A DNA stretch of 64,000 nt from Chlorokybus atmophyticus (taxonomy: Eukaryota; Plantae; Mesostigma and Chlorokybus algae). Shown here one piece after another: positions 50,914-64,000 of this stretch. The notes beneath the pieces are model-generated. The model searched no databases, was not told the DNA's origin, and saw nothing but the letters and a program-made list of their open reading frames with translations. Every line of letters starts with the position of its first letter. Position 1 is the stretch's first letter. The stretch is taken from positions 1,043,965 to 1,107,964 of the forward strand of contig RHPI01000810.1 in the NCBI GenBank assembly GCA_009103225.1, written 5' to 3'. The translations under genes were made by a program, and so were the position numbers.

Positions 50914-53629
50914 TTATGCACGACACTCTACACCTGTTAAAGCACAACTCGTTTATACATTGTCACACAGTCATATCACGCACGGCATGAGGAATCCCGC
51001 CACCAGCACTTACCGTATACTATGTCAATATTATACACATTAGCTGGAATTAGGCCCGTGTACACTGGAACTTTAGCAAGAACGGTGCTCGTGTTGTTGG
51101 ACAAATCCAGCTGCATCTTGTGGATGGCATTCAAACTGTGAGCATAATCTCCGACAGGAGAACGGTACGGCTAGCTGCTATTAAAGACCGGTGGATCTGC
51201 ATACAGCTCATGCTCGATTACACATATGCGCATACTCTCAGACAGATACTCTGACACACACGCTCATTCGCGCGCAGGGACGCTCGCAGACACACACTTA
51301 CTCATACATGCACACATGCATGGATGTATGCTTGCATGCATGCATAAATGCACACGCGCGCATACACATACAATCCACCACACGCATTGATAAGATGATT
51401 GTGCACACGCACATGCACACGCTTACATGCATATGCGTATGCGTACACACCAGTGTACTGATTCAATCAAGTGTGCTGCGCAACAAGCCATAATCTCACC
51501 AGCGTATATATTGATGCGGGGGAAGTTGAAGACGTCGATCGTGCCAAGCAGCTTCGTCACAACGGAGTCAAGGTTGTCCGTGCGGGTGTTGCGTACAGTC
51601 ATGATCAACCCGTCAAGGGCTTCGTACCCAACATACAGCCGTCCGTGAACTATGACACAACGATCGCTAACCACATCATGCGCACAACCACAACCACATA
51701 CACACATAAGCAACACTCACCGGAGTCCACCTGCAAGCCCTGTACAGCATTGAGGCCGTAGCTCGGTTCGCGATTGAACAGCGGGAACGTCTTGATGTTG
51801 GTTAGCCTTGTCTTGCTGGCATTGAGCCACCCGCTTGAGTATGTATGCGTCCGGCTTGCCGGTGAAGTAGTCATAACTCATGAACTCCGCTCAGTACACG
51901 ACGTTGGGCAACACTTCATGGCAACAAGTCATATAGTGCGTGCATGCGCACTTGATGTGCACGTGCGCTCAACCGCACTTGATAGAATTACCCACCGAAT
52001 CGTCTATACCACATTCCACAATGGTGTGACCATCAACGATGCGTCGATCCTGCGGGACACGTGGTGTTGTGAAAAGCAGCGACGGGGAGGCTTTCCAGTT
52101 GGCGTTGGTGCTGACAATCTTTGTCGAGTTCGACCACAAAATGAAGCGGCGCCTGCCATCGGCACACTCCCACATGTTGGTATAACACATTGTCGCACAA
52201 CACAGGAGGATGCTGTGGTATGTCTTGGAGACTTGCCATAAAACACGGTGCTCTTAGTGTCTCTTGCGTCGTCCAGAGGCGTGTTGAAGACTTGAGATGC
52301 CTGCGCCCTGCCGGATGTGTCGGTCGCCGGAATCATGAGCACGTGCTCAGTCTCGGTGTAAAGTTCATTTATATATGTAAATGAACCCTCCGTCCAGTAG
52401 AGGCTGTCTGATACATACCCACAGAATGCGCATGCAAACATGTCAAATGTCCGAGCACCAAGCACCCCGGATATGCACACGCACTGACTTGAACACGTAT
52501 GGCTCTCGCGCACGCATGCACATGCGCGCACGCCACAGTACGCAGCCCAAGTGACAATCAGCTGTGCTTGTTGTTGTGTTTTCAACCAGTGCCCGTGACT
52601 TGGACTTCGCTCGTTATGTAATTGTAGGCGGGCATTGCTTTGGTCAGGTGGGTGTACAGGACCTTTGTGGGCATGTTGCTTAGAGAGACGCTCTTTATCG
52701 TGTAGTTGTTACGCCCCGTGCGGGCATCTTTGCGTGACTGAATGCTGCTCACCAGACTGCGCGCACACTCTGCAGATGCAAGCAAGGTAAATGCACACAT
52801 AGTCGCACAGATTAGCACTAATGGCAAACTCTCAATGGACGGCGTAATAATGTAAGCAATGACCTGTGGCTGTGGTTGTGATGCAATTCTTTGTTGTGGG
52901 GACTTCAGTGAAGCACACGTCGCCATTGTACACGAGTCCCGCATGGAGGTCATAAGCATTAAAGTTTATTGGGTTGTTGCAGGTCGCGCTCCCAAGAAGC
53001 ACTGGAGCGATGCAACGCGGAGACACACGGATGACGCACACCTCGCAGTTCAGATTTTACACGCCTGAGGAGTAAACAACCTGGTTGGTGCGTGCATGCA
53101 CGCACACCGCAGAGAAGGTCAACACATGTACACACGCACAGGCACGCACACACACGCACATGCATGCACATGAAAGCGCCCATGCCCATATATGCACACA
53201 CACGCGCGTGCACGCAAGCAAGCAAGCAAGGACACGACCGCGTACATGCCCCTGCACGCGCATTCACCCACAAGCGCGTATGCGCCCTAACAAGCAGAGT
53301 TGCATTCCCCGCATGGATGGATGGACACATGAACCGTTTACCTTGTCTGTAAGCGGACTCTCTGGTTTCCGCCAGGCGTGTGAAGTTGAACATATCGTTA
53401 GCGTTTGTGAGGGTCGTCACGTCAGTCAGGGTAACGGTTTGCGGGGGCCACTGGTGTCCATCGGTCCCGGTGCACGTGAGGCTCACCTGTGTGGGTGTGT
53501 TGATTCACATGTCAACACAATGATGTTGTGACTATGTATGTGCACCTGGGCGTTGCTGCGTGGGTAGTCGCGACCGGTGATGGTGGCGCAGTCATCCGGT
53601 GGGGGTGGTGGGACTTGAGCTGAGACACA

Positions 53630-53661
<32 letters not shown>

Positions 53662-53866
53662 GCGACCACCACCACCACAACAGCAACAAAGGGCTGTCAG
53701 TTGATAACACTTCCAGCCAAGAATAATGTAATGACTGCAACACGTATCCACGCAAGCAAATCAACACTCAAGCAGTGAGATAATTGGTCGCACCATTGGC
53801 CAAGGTTTTGGTGGCAAAGGCAAGGACGAGGAGAAACAGGGTGAGGGGGCTGATGGAAGGAGACAT
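50914..53866 (-). pseudogene. Family copy F, disrupted; closest relative of E
   Basis: ATG at 53866 and all exons present. In-frame stops at 53057-53059 (exon 4), 51891-51893 (exon 8, TGG>TGA) and 51171-51173 (exon 10), plus a 15-codon in-frame deletion in exon 2. Introns and 3' flank align with E (e.g. 41700-41820 vs 50820-50940). Confidence 0.88.
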
Positions 53867-56800
53867 GTTGGCAAGCTGAATGCACAACTCGTCTTGCTGC
53901 CAACCCAACAAACCCAGGCCTGCCGTTTTATACTCACGGAATGTCTCTGACTGGCAGCAGCTTGCTGCGGACTCCCCCAGAAGTTACCGCTTGCCCTCCC
54001 ATGCGTTGCCATCGCCTTGGCAGAATGCACGCGTTACCTTCTTGAATTGTGCGTGCCTTGTCCTGTCTTGTCTGACTGCTCGCAGCAAAGCAAGCAAGGC
54101 TGTCGCTGTCACCGCTGTGTGGCAAGTTGCCACTGGCAACGAACCACTCCAGCGACGGCACAACCAACCGATGTATAGTGTTTGTGTGCGCGGACAAGCG
54201 TGTCTACAGTGCACTTGACAACACTAGGACATGCATGCAGCCAAGAAGTCTGTGTGTCACAGATGGCAGCAGGCGAATGCGCACCTTGCTGTCAGCCATA
54301 CTCTGCATGCGTGTTGCATGTGATAAGTTTGCTTGCGGACTTTCCAAAATCTCTACAGCGTAGTGATGAGCCTGTCTTGTCAACATTGGCCAGAAATCCG
54401 TACAACATGCCGCCCAACAGCGCCTTGTCTTGGACAGAACACTGCGTGCATGGTGTCAGCAGTTCTGGTTGTTGCTTATGACAGCCCATGGGAAGGAGGC
54501 GAGAAGTTCCACTGCAGCGTAACAACGTGTGCTGGCATGCTTGCAAACAGTACTACACGTCAAAAGTGCAAATGCAGCACCTGCTTACTATCAAGGAGAA
54601 CTTGTGTTTGCTGCTTGCGCTGCGCAATGCAACCACTGTGACACCACTTCCTACAGCTACTTGCACTACTGTAAAGCCCACTACACATGTGCAGTTGCCC
54701 GACGCTCGCTATCGGCATTTCACATCAGGCTCATCACACCGTCACACAATCACGCCGCACTCCCACACATGGCTAAACACACATGCACAAAGTCACCGCC
54801 GCTCTCGCCAGCGTCCTTGCCGTCAGCGCCGCCCCTGCTAGACACCGCCTGCTACGACTACTGCCGCCCCCAAGTAGGCTTTGGTGCTGTGGGGCGCGAC
54901 TGTGTGCTAAGCTACTTACTACCGGTGCGGAGCAGCCAATTGTTGTTGACTAACCCTATTGGTGTGATGCTCAGCTTTCATGCATCGTACGCCCATGCAT
55001 GAGCCCCCCTCCCCCCCCATCAGAGTGGATGCTTCCTGCTAGGGTTAGGCGTTTGATTCAAATTCTGTTTAAAGTGCAGGCACTGCATTTACAAACAGAT
55101 TTGTAAAGGCTGTCGCATGCACGATGCATAGCACGCGAACCGTGCGACTGTTCATGCATGCAATCACTATATTGCATATGTTGTACGCGTGTACACATGT
55201 TTATCAAGTTGTCGCATGGCATAAGGTACATATGCACTATAGTGCATGTGCTCAACCAGAATGGCATGTGCTTAATATTGCTGCGGTGAAACTGTTGGTG
55301 TGGTATATGTTTACATACAATGCGGAGTACAAATGCACACAACATGGGATTTGGGGTGGCGCATGCATAGTAGTGTTTCTGATGCCTGTGAGAGAACGAG
55401 AAAGATTTTGTGGCTGCCTAACGTTGACCTCCTACTCACTCCCCAACCCTTGGTCCCAGTCTTTTCCATCCCTGCCCCTGCATACGGGCCTTGTTTGCTC
55501 GAGTGTTGCTGCAATTGTACAACATGTATAAGAGATAGTATGCTGGATTGCTAGCATGCACTGCATGCTACTTGATATCATGGCATGGTATCAAGCACAT
55601 CATCATCACGCAATGTCATGCACAGCACCAAGCACAACTGCTTTTGTGTGGTGCACATAATCAGGATTGTATGCACACTTTGCATGTCTAATGGGGTGGT
55701 GGTGTTGGTGTTTATCGTAGTTGAAGGAGATGAGAGGAGCCCGGTGGTAAACATGTTCATGTTGATGTTGGATTGCATGCCAGCAGTGCTATGTGTAAGA
55801 GATAGTACCCTAGATTAGTAGCATGCAAGGTCACACACATGCGATTTCATACGTAGTGTGTCAAGAGCATGTCACACACAAATTCACTACTCACACTTTA
55901 TGCCACCAGCTCACCACCCACTCGGTGGTGAGCTAGATAGCGGCTGTCTTCACTACCTAACATGCTATCTACCTACCCCGTTAGTCATAGCAGCATGCAT
56001 GTCAGTCATCCACCTGGATGCAGGCATGGCATGCACATGGCGTCGATGCCTTCATGCATCGTCGAGGAAGACCCACACACTCCCCCGCACCGCCGGTCCC
56101 CACCCTCCACCCCACATCGCAGCTGCTGCAACTTGGCTTTGCCTTATGTTGTCGCGACTGCCAGCTGCCTTTTGCGTTTCTTCGGCTATCGGATAACATG
56201 CAGACAGCATGCACAGCACTCCGTATGGTTTGCAGCCTTGTAGTTGGTCAAGTCCATGCCACGAGCAGACTCCACTGCTTCCCATGCACTTGCAGCCGTA
56301 TGCAATTGTCTTCGGCCGTGAGTTGTGTCTGCGACATCGCAAGCGATTGTGTGCTGATCACACTCCTTGCATGCAATGGCGCATGCAAAATAATTTTGCC
56401 AAGATGCATGCGCCATTACACGCCACATTGTACATACACGGCACATGCAGTCTTACGCCAACACGTACTCATCACCGGCTTGTTTCTAGCGCTGCCTAAC
56501 ACGTTAACTCCCCACCCCGGTAGACACATGGAGCCGCGACGCAGAGGAGTGGCCATGCCTGCCGTACATGCATGCATGCATGCGTGTACTGACGCAAAAC
56601 CTAAGAACGGCAGTCAGCAACGCGGCAGTAGGCGGGCGGAGGTGGCGGCGGGGATGTGGGTGAAGGAGGACGGAGAGTCCTCTGGGTCTGCTGCTGTATA
56701 GCTCGGTGCAAGGATGGGCCGCTAACCAACAGCCGTGCTTACAGGTGATTCAGTCAGCAATTGCATGCATGCATGCCTAACAGGGTGGGGTAGTTGGTTG

Positions 56801-57619
56801 TTTGGTTAGGCCGTACAGTGAGTAGTGTTGCCTGGTGGTTGCTGTGGTCGGCTTAAGGTATGTAAGTAATGAGTTGCCGTGCATGCTACTGTTGAACATG
56901 ATCAATGTGCGCAAGGCATTCATTGCATCTCTGGAATAGTTTTGGAGATGTACATGAGCATGCATGTTGTTAATCCATCACCTGCTTGCTGGCATGGCGT
57001 TGGTATAGGGGGTAAGTGCCTTCATGCCATAAGGAAGACGCACACGCTCCCCCCGCAACTCCCCTCCTCCCTCCACCACCAATAATTATACTATACTCGA
57101 GTCATTCATGGTGACTATTATGTAACCTCAGTGCCGCTCCTACCACAACGGCTCTCCCTACCATGATGTTGTCAGGATCAATATTGCCGCTGCTTTGGCA
57201 AATTCAGGCACAAATAGCAAGTGTGTATGCAGCCAACGCTGCAGTACTATCGAAGTTGCTAATAGCTGGGTCCCACAATGGTTGTAACAAGTCCTTGCGG
57301 CTATCCGTGTCTACAAAGAGCTAACTGCAGCCCGAGAAGCAACAGGAGACAGCTCAATATATTGCAAACATATGTGTGAACAACCCTCTGTATTGAAGCC
57401 ACCCCGCTGGCACAACTATTCTACAGCAGTCCCGCAAGGCAAAGATATATACCAGGCCCAAAAAGAAACAAAACCAGGAGTGTCACACCACTGCATGGAG
57501 TATATACAGGAACACCACTTGCTGGAACCACTCACTGCGCCTCCACTCCTCTCGATTGGTAAAGCAGCAAAACACCTGCAGGTCCCCGGACTGGGGGACA
57601 CCTTACTCGCTAAACTCCG

Positions 57620-59040
57620 CTAAGCTCGGGTGGGCACCGCCTCCGCATCGGTTGGCATAAGTGCAGTGAAGATGTCTGTGCGTGTCACAATGCCTGCAAG
57701 AGAAAGAAAGAAGCAAAGGGCAGTATTACAGGACCAATCGACTACTGCAAGGAAAGGCATGCACAATAGCATAGCCGGCACCATCAACAAGTCAAATAAC
57801 CACAGCCACTCACCCATGATCTTGCCATCCTCATCGACAACAGGAATGCGGTGCACCTTATTCTTCAGCATTAGTGCAGCTGCCTCTGCAAAATCCACCA
57901 TGCCAAAGCAGCTGTTAGTCCTTGCTTGGATGGAGCAGCTTGCAACCCCAATGCTGTCTGTCAGCACAGTGCTATCGCACAGTGCTATCGCACCTGCAAC
58001 TGTCTTCTCTGGTGTAATCGTGATTGGAGGATAGGACATAACATCACCGACTGCCGCGCCACCCTGTGATGCACAAATCCACATGAAAGGCACGCAAAGC
58101 TGCATGGGGCGCATTGATGGTTGATCCGAGCAAGCTGGTCGAAACAAACCCCAGCAAACAACGTTGTTATTTAGCCTAACACAAGAAGGCTCAATGCAAA
58201 CACGTCACGCCATGCATGCCCACACATAAGCGGCAATGTGAAGAAAGTACAGAAACCACACCACAGCATGCACAATGAGGAGTTCAAACCTTGTTGGTGT
58301 CTTTTCGCGAAATGACACCAACAACCATGCCGGACTCGTCAACAACAGGCAGCCCTGTCATTGTGTCGAAGTAGTGCTTAATGTCGGAGACCAGCGTAGT
58401 CTTGCTTGCGGTAGTTACCTCCGACGACATTACGCGCCCGACAAGCACATTGGGCTGGGCCTGCAAATGAGGCAAACATAAGGCAAGTGTTGTGTCGAAT
58501 ACTTAAGACAACAGAGACGTCCACATGCAGGAAAAGCAACAGCAAGAGCTCAGGTATGCGCATGGTGGTCGCGTGCAAGACAGCCTACAATGGTATTGAG
58601 CAATGTCAATGTCAATGACGGGTGCTGCTTACGTCAGGCTTGAACATCTTGGGCTCGTAGTGCGCAACAACATCCTCGTAGTTGAGCATGCTGAAGCTTT
58701 CAGGCCACTCGCCGGAGAGGACTGGGCCCTCCAGGTCGAAGCCGCGAGCCTCGTCGTCGGCGTCGTCCTTCCTGGCAGCGACGACTGCCGTGCGCCGGGG
58801 CGAGGCAGGGCCAGCTGCTCCGCGCTGCTGCCACCGCCGACGGCCGGCGTTTGCCAGGCGGGCGGCCGGGCGGGCCACGGCGGCGAGCCTCACGCCCGTA
58901 ACAGACCACGCCATAGCCCTGGCCCTGGCCACCGCAGCCGGCGAACACCTCGCCGCAGCCATGCTAGCGGACCTGCCTGCCGCTCCCGCCGCCGCCGCAG
59001 CCGCACGGGCCGCCATAGCCCCGTGCGCCGCCGCCTCCAT
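57620..59040 (-). CDS. Plastid-targeted CBS-domain-pair protein (CBSX-like)
   Basis: Ala/Arg-rich transit peptide from ATG 59040, then GRVMSSEV..TGLPVVDESGMVVGVISRKD, VGDVMSYPPITITPEKTV, AAALMLKNKVHRIPVVDEDGKIMGIVTRTDIF across 5 exons. Stop at 57620-57622. Confidence 0.88.
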
Positions 59041-59189
59041 GTTGCTGTAAGAGCTCAGATAACCAACAACCAGACCAGCCCACCCGTGCCAATGCCTAAC
59101 TGGCCACCCTGCCCTGCTGCCGCCCTTCGCCGCCGCCGCCGCCCACACCGCCGCCCACGCCAACGACCTGCGTAAAAATATCCGCCCTC

Positions 59190-59198
59190 AAACCCTAA
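59190..59198 (+). promoter_or_regulatory. Telo-box-like AAACCCTAA in the divergent CBS/PSRP1 intergenic region
   Basis: Exact 9-mer. A single copy could occur by chance. Confidence 0.3.
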
Positions 59199-59930
59199 GC
59201 CACGACCGAGACCCCGAAAACGGTTTTTCGAGCTTTTCTCCCGAAGCAGATTACACGGAAGAAACTTTTCGCCCTTAGCGCAGGTCGCGGTGCCAAATGC
59301 GAAAACCTTTGCGTGTCAGCATTGCGCGCCTGTTTGACGGACCTGACACGCGATCAAAAAAAGCAGGAAAACCACTCCGCGGTTGGACTTGTGCCGACTG
59401 TCGACAACCTCTGCACCCGCGGCCAAGATGCCCGCGCGCGTGCAGTCTTGCGCACCCACATTGCGCGTTGCGACCGTCTCGTCGATGTCTCACCCTATCG
59501 TGTAGCCACTCCGGAAATGTTGTCCCTGTGGCGAATGACAACCCAACATGGAGTGTATGTGGGGTTTTTGTCCCATCTCTTCTATCTGAATCTCGTGAAT
59601 CTCATCACGAACAGCCGCGGCCGCTCCGACCATGACGTCAGCGTCCTTCCGAACAAACGCGTCGCTTGGGGTTGGGTAACGTTAGCTACCCTGACATGCT
59701 TGTACCTGCTGACAGCAGTCCATAACTTGGAGCAGATCAGAACGTTAGCGGGTTGGGTTATGGATAACTGTAGGACTTATCAGCATTGTTGTCAGCAGCA
59801 TTGGTTGTGTGGGCGTTGGCATTGACGGCGGTGGTGGTGGCGTTGGCATTGCGGACGGTGGTGTGTGTGGCTGTGCCATTTACGCAGCTGGAAGAACGCT
59901 GAGAAGCCGGTGTCTGGTGTCTGTCTCGCG

Positions 59931-61641
59931 ATGGCTTGTCAGCAGGCGGCGCTGAGCCTGGGGCGCTCGTCCTTCCTGTGCGGCAACAGGTTGAGGTCGT
60001 CGTCGTCGTTGTCGCCCGCAGCCAGGCCGCAGACGCAGAGGCTTCCCACCGCCGCTGCATTGCGCACCGCCCAGCTCAAAATCAGCGGTCGCCACTTGGA
60101 GGCACGTGTGACCCCTCGCGCATTGTGTGCCTGTGCGTGTGCTTGCGTGCCTCAATTGCTCGCCAACAGCTGCGTTCTAGTAAATTGACATGTGCATTGT
60201 TGTCCTGCAACTTCTGAAATGCTGCTTGGCAGTAACATCGTTGGCATATATGTTGGCACGCATTGGTTCAGGCGCAATGTGGGCATGCCTTACCGCTTCT
60301 GCTAGCCTGCTATGCTGCTGTGTTTGGGGTTGGGGGTGGGGGTGGGTGTTTCTGCGCGTTCGTTTAAGGCTGCCATGCCGGGCAGGTGACTGAGGCGATC
60401 AAGGCGTATGTGGAGAAGAAGGCGGAGAATGCCGTGTCCAAGTATGAGGACCTCGTCAAGGAAGTGGATGTTCGGCTGTCCGTGCGCACGGGCGGCAGCG
60501 GCCAGCACCTGCAAAAAGCTGAGGTCAGTGCAATTCACTCATCTCATTGCATGTTGAGGCAGCTAGTAGCACAGCTTAGCTTCTTATGAGCCACTTCCTG
60601 AGTATTACATCATGCTGCAGATGACGGTGTTTACAAAGGCCGGCATTGTTCGAGCTGAAGAGGAGGCTGATATTCTGTACGCTAGCATTGACCTTGCAAC
60701 AGACAAGGTGCTTGGATTGTGTCTCTGCTGCATGCACTCTGCTGCACATGATGCAAGAATGCAACGTGCTTGAGGCACATGTAATTGTCAGCATCAACGC
60801 AGTCTCTGGCTCCCAGTGGCTAAGTTTTAACTACATTGCGCGTGCATTCTGTCCGTCATTGGGTGTACCTTGAACATTATGCACAAGTTTCGCACACATG
60901 CATGCTTTCCAGGTCACGCGCAAGTTGCGCAAGATGAAGGAGAAGCGCGACGCCAAGTACTCCTCATCAGGTTAGCTTACGCTCTGAGTATTAGCAATTG
61001 AACAAAGCCAAGAACTACAGTTGCATGCTTGCAACCTGTTTGTGTGTGTTTGCTCATAGCGCTTTATTGTGTGCAGCACGCGGTTCACCGACTATCACCG
61101 AAGTTGTGGATACAGCACCCGTAGATTCACTTGTTGCCGGTCGCAAGCCCACACTTCCAGAAGAGGTGGGCAAAATGCCATGCTCAGATTTGCTACTTAA
61201 CCATGCTTGTTGCTGGTTTCCATCAGTTTGCAGTGCAGGGTTGTGGCCTCATCGTTGTGTCCACTGCTGCTTGACTAGGTTGTGCGCACGAAGTACTACA
61301 ACATGCCGAAGCTCACTCCTGATGAGGCTCTGGAAAAGATGCAGATGGTTGACCATGACTTCTACGTCTTCAGGAATGCTGAGAATGGTACGTCAGACAC
61401 GTTGTCTAACAACTTGTTAACATCTGTGTGTGACTGTTGTGCCTACACCACTGTTGACACGCGATTGTCAATTGGGATTTTCTAGTTGATTCTGTTGGTG
61501 ACTTTGTGTGGTAACCATGCTGATCAGGATATAATCTGCCTGTTTCCAGGCATCATTAATGTGCTGTACCAAAGGACACATGGTGGTTACGGATTGATTG
61601 TCCCAATGGACGAGGACGTCAACCATAACAACAACCACTGA
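59931..61641 (+). CDS. PSRP1: Plastid-specific ribosomal protein 1 / ribosome hibernation factor (HPF/sigma54-modulation family)
   Basis: Transit peptide, then LKISGRHLE|[52 protein letters not shown] and the C-terminal [50 protein letters not shown]. Seven coding exons; first donor is GC at 60102. Confidence 0.92.
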
Positions 61642-63067
61642 GCGACAGCCGCTAGTGACTGAGTTTGAGTACTACAGCTCTCATGGGTATAGCTCATGCA
61701 ACCTTGGTACATACAACCCTATCTAACACTGGTTATATCTGGTAAAGGCAGGCCTGGTAACAACCTGGTTCGTTGGCTGAGTGTTAGGTTATGGCAGTTA
61801 CTGCAACTGGCACATATAGCAGCACCATTGTATGCGTTTCACCCATTGCGCACACCCAGATCGCTGTTAAGCAATTATTATTCTGATGGTGGACTGGACA
61901 ACTGTGATGTCAGTGTGATGTATTCCGAAATTGTGACTGCAAAGCCAGTCAGGTCTGATATCTCCAACCGTGTCAAGTGTGGACATGCTCGAGCAACGCA
62001 GTATGACCAGATTCGGCTGTGTGACACCACGCAACTTCAGTGCATACTGCTTGCATGTCAGCACGCACAGGCTTTTGTGATAGCTAATGTAGTAGCTATT
62101 GTAGTACTAGCACTGCGTGCTGCATGCGCTTTGTAAGTGCATTCAGTGCGCCTGCACCTTGTCAAAGGATGTGGCTGTGAGGACCACCTAAAGTAATTAA
62201 TGTCTCCTTAAGGCCTTGCGAACACACGACACTTTCGTTTGAAGCTTGCAGTTGGTGTGTCAGTGGTGGATGTGTGCGTGTTGTAACAACCATAGCCGCT
62301 ATTGTGAGACAACAGTATACCTCGTGTGGTTATGAGTCGACGTCTTTGCGCATACTTGCAAATGCAAGCGCTTGCGAGTGTGCGCGGTTTTTGTGCGCAC
62401 CACATCATGACGGCGCCAGGGGTGGAGCAGAGGTGCATGGAGGGAGAGGTGCAACTCTGCCATAAGCATAGCAGACGCTAGCGCTGGACTACGACAGCCA
62501 AAGTTGGCTTTGTTCAATTCCAGCGTACGTGGTCAGCATGCTAATTTGCAAACACCCATGCATTATCAGCTGTACGTGTGCGAGTGCTTGCACTGTGTGA
62601 AGTAGTTGCAGTTGAGCAATAGACATGAAAAAAACTGATGAAGTTTACAGCAGTGACAACTGTGTACAAGAGATAATATGTGTCAAATGGTTGTTGCAGC
62701 TGAGCACCAGACATGAATAAGACTGATGATGTTGACAGCAGTGACAATTGTGTACAAGAGATAGTATGACTATTGCGCCTCCTCGAAACATTGTTCGTGC
62801 CTTCAGCAGCAGCACACTGCCACATGTTCAAGCGAGCTGAAGCCAGACTAATCAAGTACCGTGTGTACAAAAGATGCAAGAGGGAATGGTATGGCTACAA
62901 CATGCTATCTCAACAATGTAATCCATACCTGCACTATATTGTCACAGGCAGAACCAGGTGCACACAATTGATTGCGGAAGACTCGCGGTCAACTCAAATG
63001 GCTGCATTTCAGATGTATAAGAAAATTGTGTTGCTACAAGAAAAGTCTGGAGTTACAGGCAAAAGGC

Positions 63068-64000
63068 CTAGGCGTTCAGGCGCTTCTCAACAGCGTCCCA
63101 GCTGACGAGGCTATCCAGGAAGGTTTGGATGAACTTTGGCCGCAAGTTCTGTCAAGCATGCCCAGCGTCAGCACTAGTGCTGTCAAACATACACTGGACA
63201 CCAAAGCAGCCTGGCTCTGCAACACGCTTCGTCCCAGCAACGGCACTCTACAATTGCTGATTAAACAAAAACAATGAACTGACCTGGTAATCCAAGTAGT
63301 ATGCGTGCTCCCAGACATCAAGGGTCAACAGCGGCTGCAACAAGATGTAATCGTCAGCACCACAACATACAATGTCTGTCTTGCTAGCAGCTGTTGCCAG
63401 TAAATGCTGAGCAGTTTGACACCAATGATTCTGCTGCTTGTTTATCTGCGTAGCTTAGCAGCTGCTGCCCACGCCTACAGCGCCTATAAGCAGCAGACAA
63501 CATAATCTTACCTTCTGTCCTGAAACAAGGGGGTTGACGGCATTGGCGGTCTTGGTAATCTTCAACTTGCCACCATCCTCTGCAAGAGGTAACCGTTGAC
63601 AGCAATGTACACGCACGCACACACCCACATAACACAGCGACCACATTTGCACACATAGGCAAGCGCCCGGCGCACTGTTCCTGATCAAAGTCCAATCACA
63701 GGAAGTCTATAACTTACCAACGAGCCATGCCCAGCCAGAGCCGAACTGCGTCGCCGCGGCAGCAGAGAACTCCTCCTTAAACTTGTCGAAGGAACCAAAG
63801 TCCTTCTCAATGGCGGACAACAGTGCGCTAGAGGGCTTGCCACCACCGTTGGGTTTCATGGACTCCCAGAAAAACGTGTGGTTCCAGATCTGTAACACAG
63901 TATCGACTTCAAGCGTATGCAATGCGCACAAGAACTGCTGTTCCCTAATGCTGCACTGTTGTCTATGCAACACAAACCTGTGCGGCATTGTTGAATGTGG
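63068..64000 (-). CDS. FSD1: Iron superoxide dismutase, 3' exons (5' part lies beyond the window)
   Basis: [74 protein letters not shown] and [11 protein letters not shown]. The QFGSG and TANA residues point to the Fe type. Confidence 0.93.

Noticed and set aside
56000-57080. Diverged ~100-bp direct repeat (near 56010-56110 and 56960-57080) and a ~60-bp pair at 62620-62770
   Set aside because: Low-identity local duplications in probable UTR or intergenic sequence with no further structure.

Overview
Eukaryotic nuclear DNA, most likely from a chlorophyte green alga. It has short spliceosomal introns rich in CA/GT repeats, plastid-targeted genes and one N gap. The main feature is a family of six paralogous genes (A 521-3223 +, B 9831-11131 +, C 11876-14802 -, D 36547-39536 -, E 41792-44840 -, F 50914-53866 -); five are full-length with 11 exons and B is a 3' fragment. 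Spliced by hand, copy E gives an intact 549-aa secreted protein: a signal peptide, then an Ole-e-1/SdrD-B-like Cys-containing domain, then six ~53-64-aa YWTD-like repeats. Each repeat is encoded by its own phase 1-1 exon and carries aromatic-rich loops that vary strongly between copies. E is intact; C is broken only by an out-of-frame (CT)13 microsatellite inside exon 6; A, B, D and F carry stops, indels or splice-site losses. Between the copies lie a decayed Ty3/Gypsy element (gag, RNase H tail, integrase, PHD finger; no RT), a root-cap/VWD-like secreted protein gene, an intron-containing EnSpm/CACTA transposase, a probable L1 LINE remnant, several hairpins and a ~600-bp (TC)n. The right end holds three ordinary plastid-type genes: a CBS-domain protein, PSRP1/ribosome hibernation factor and the 3' part of Fe-SOD. 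All domain calls come from motif recognition by eye; no database search was run.
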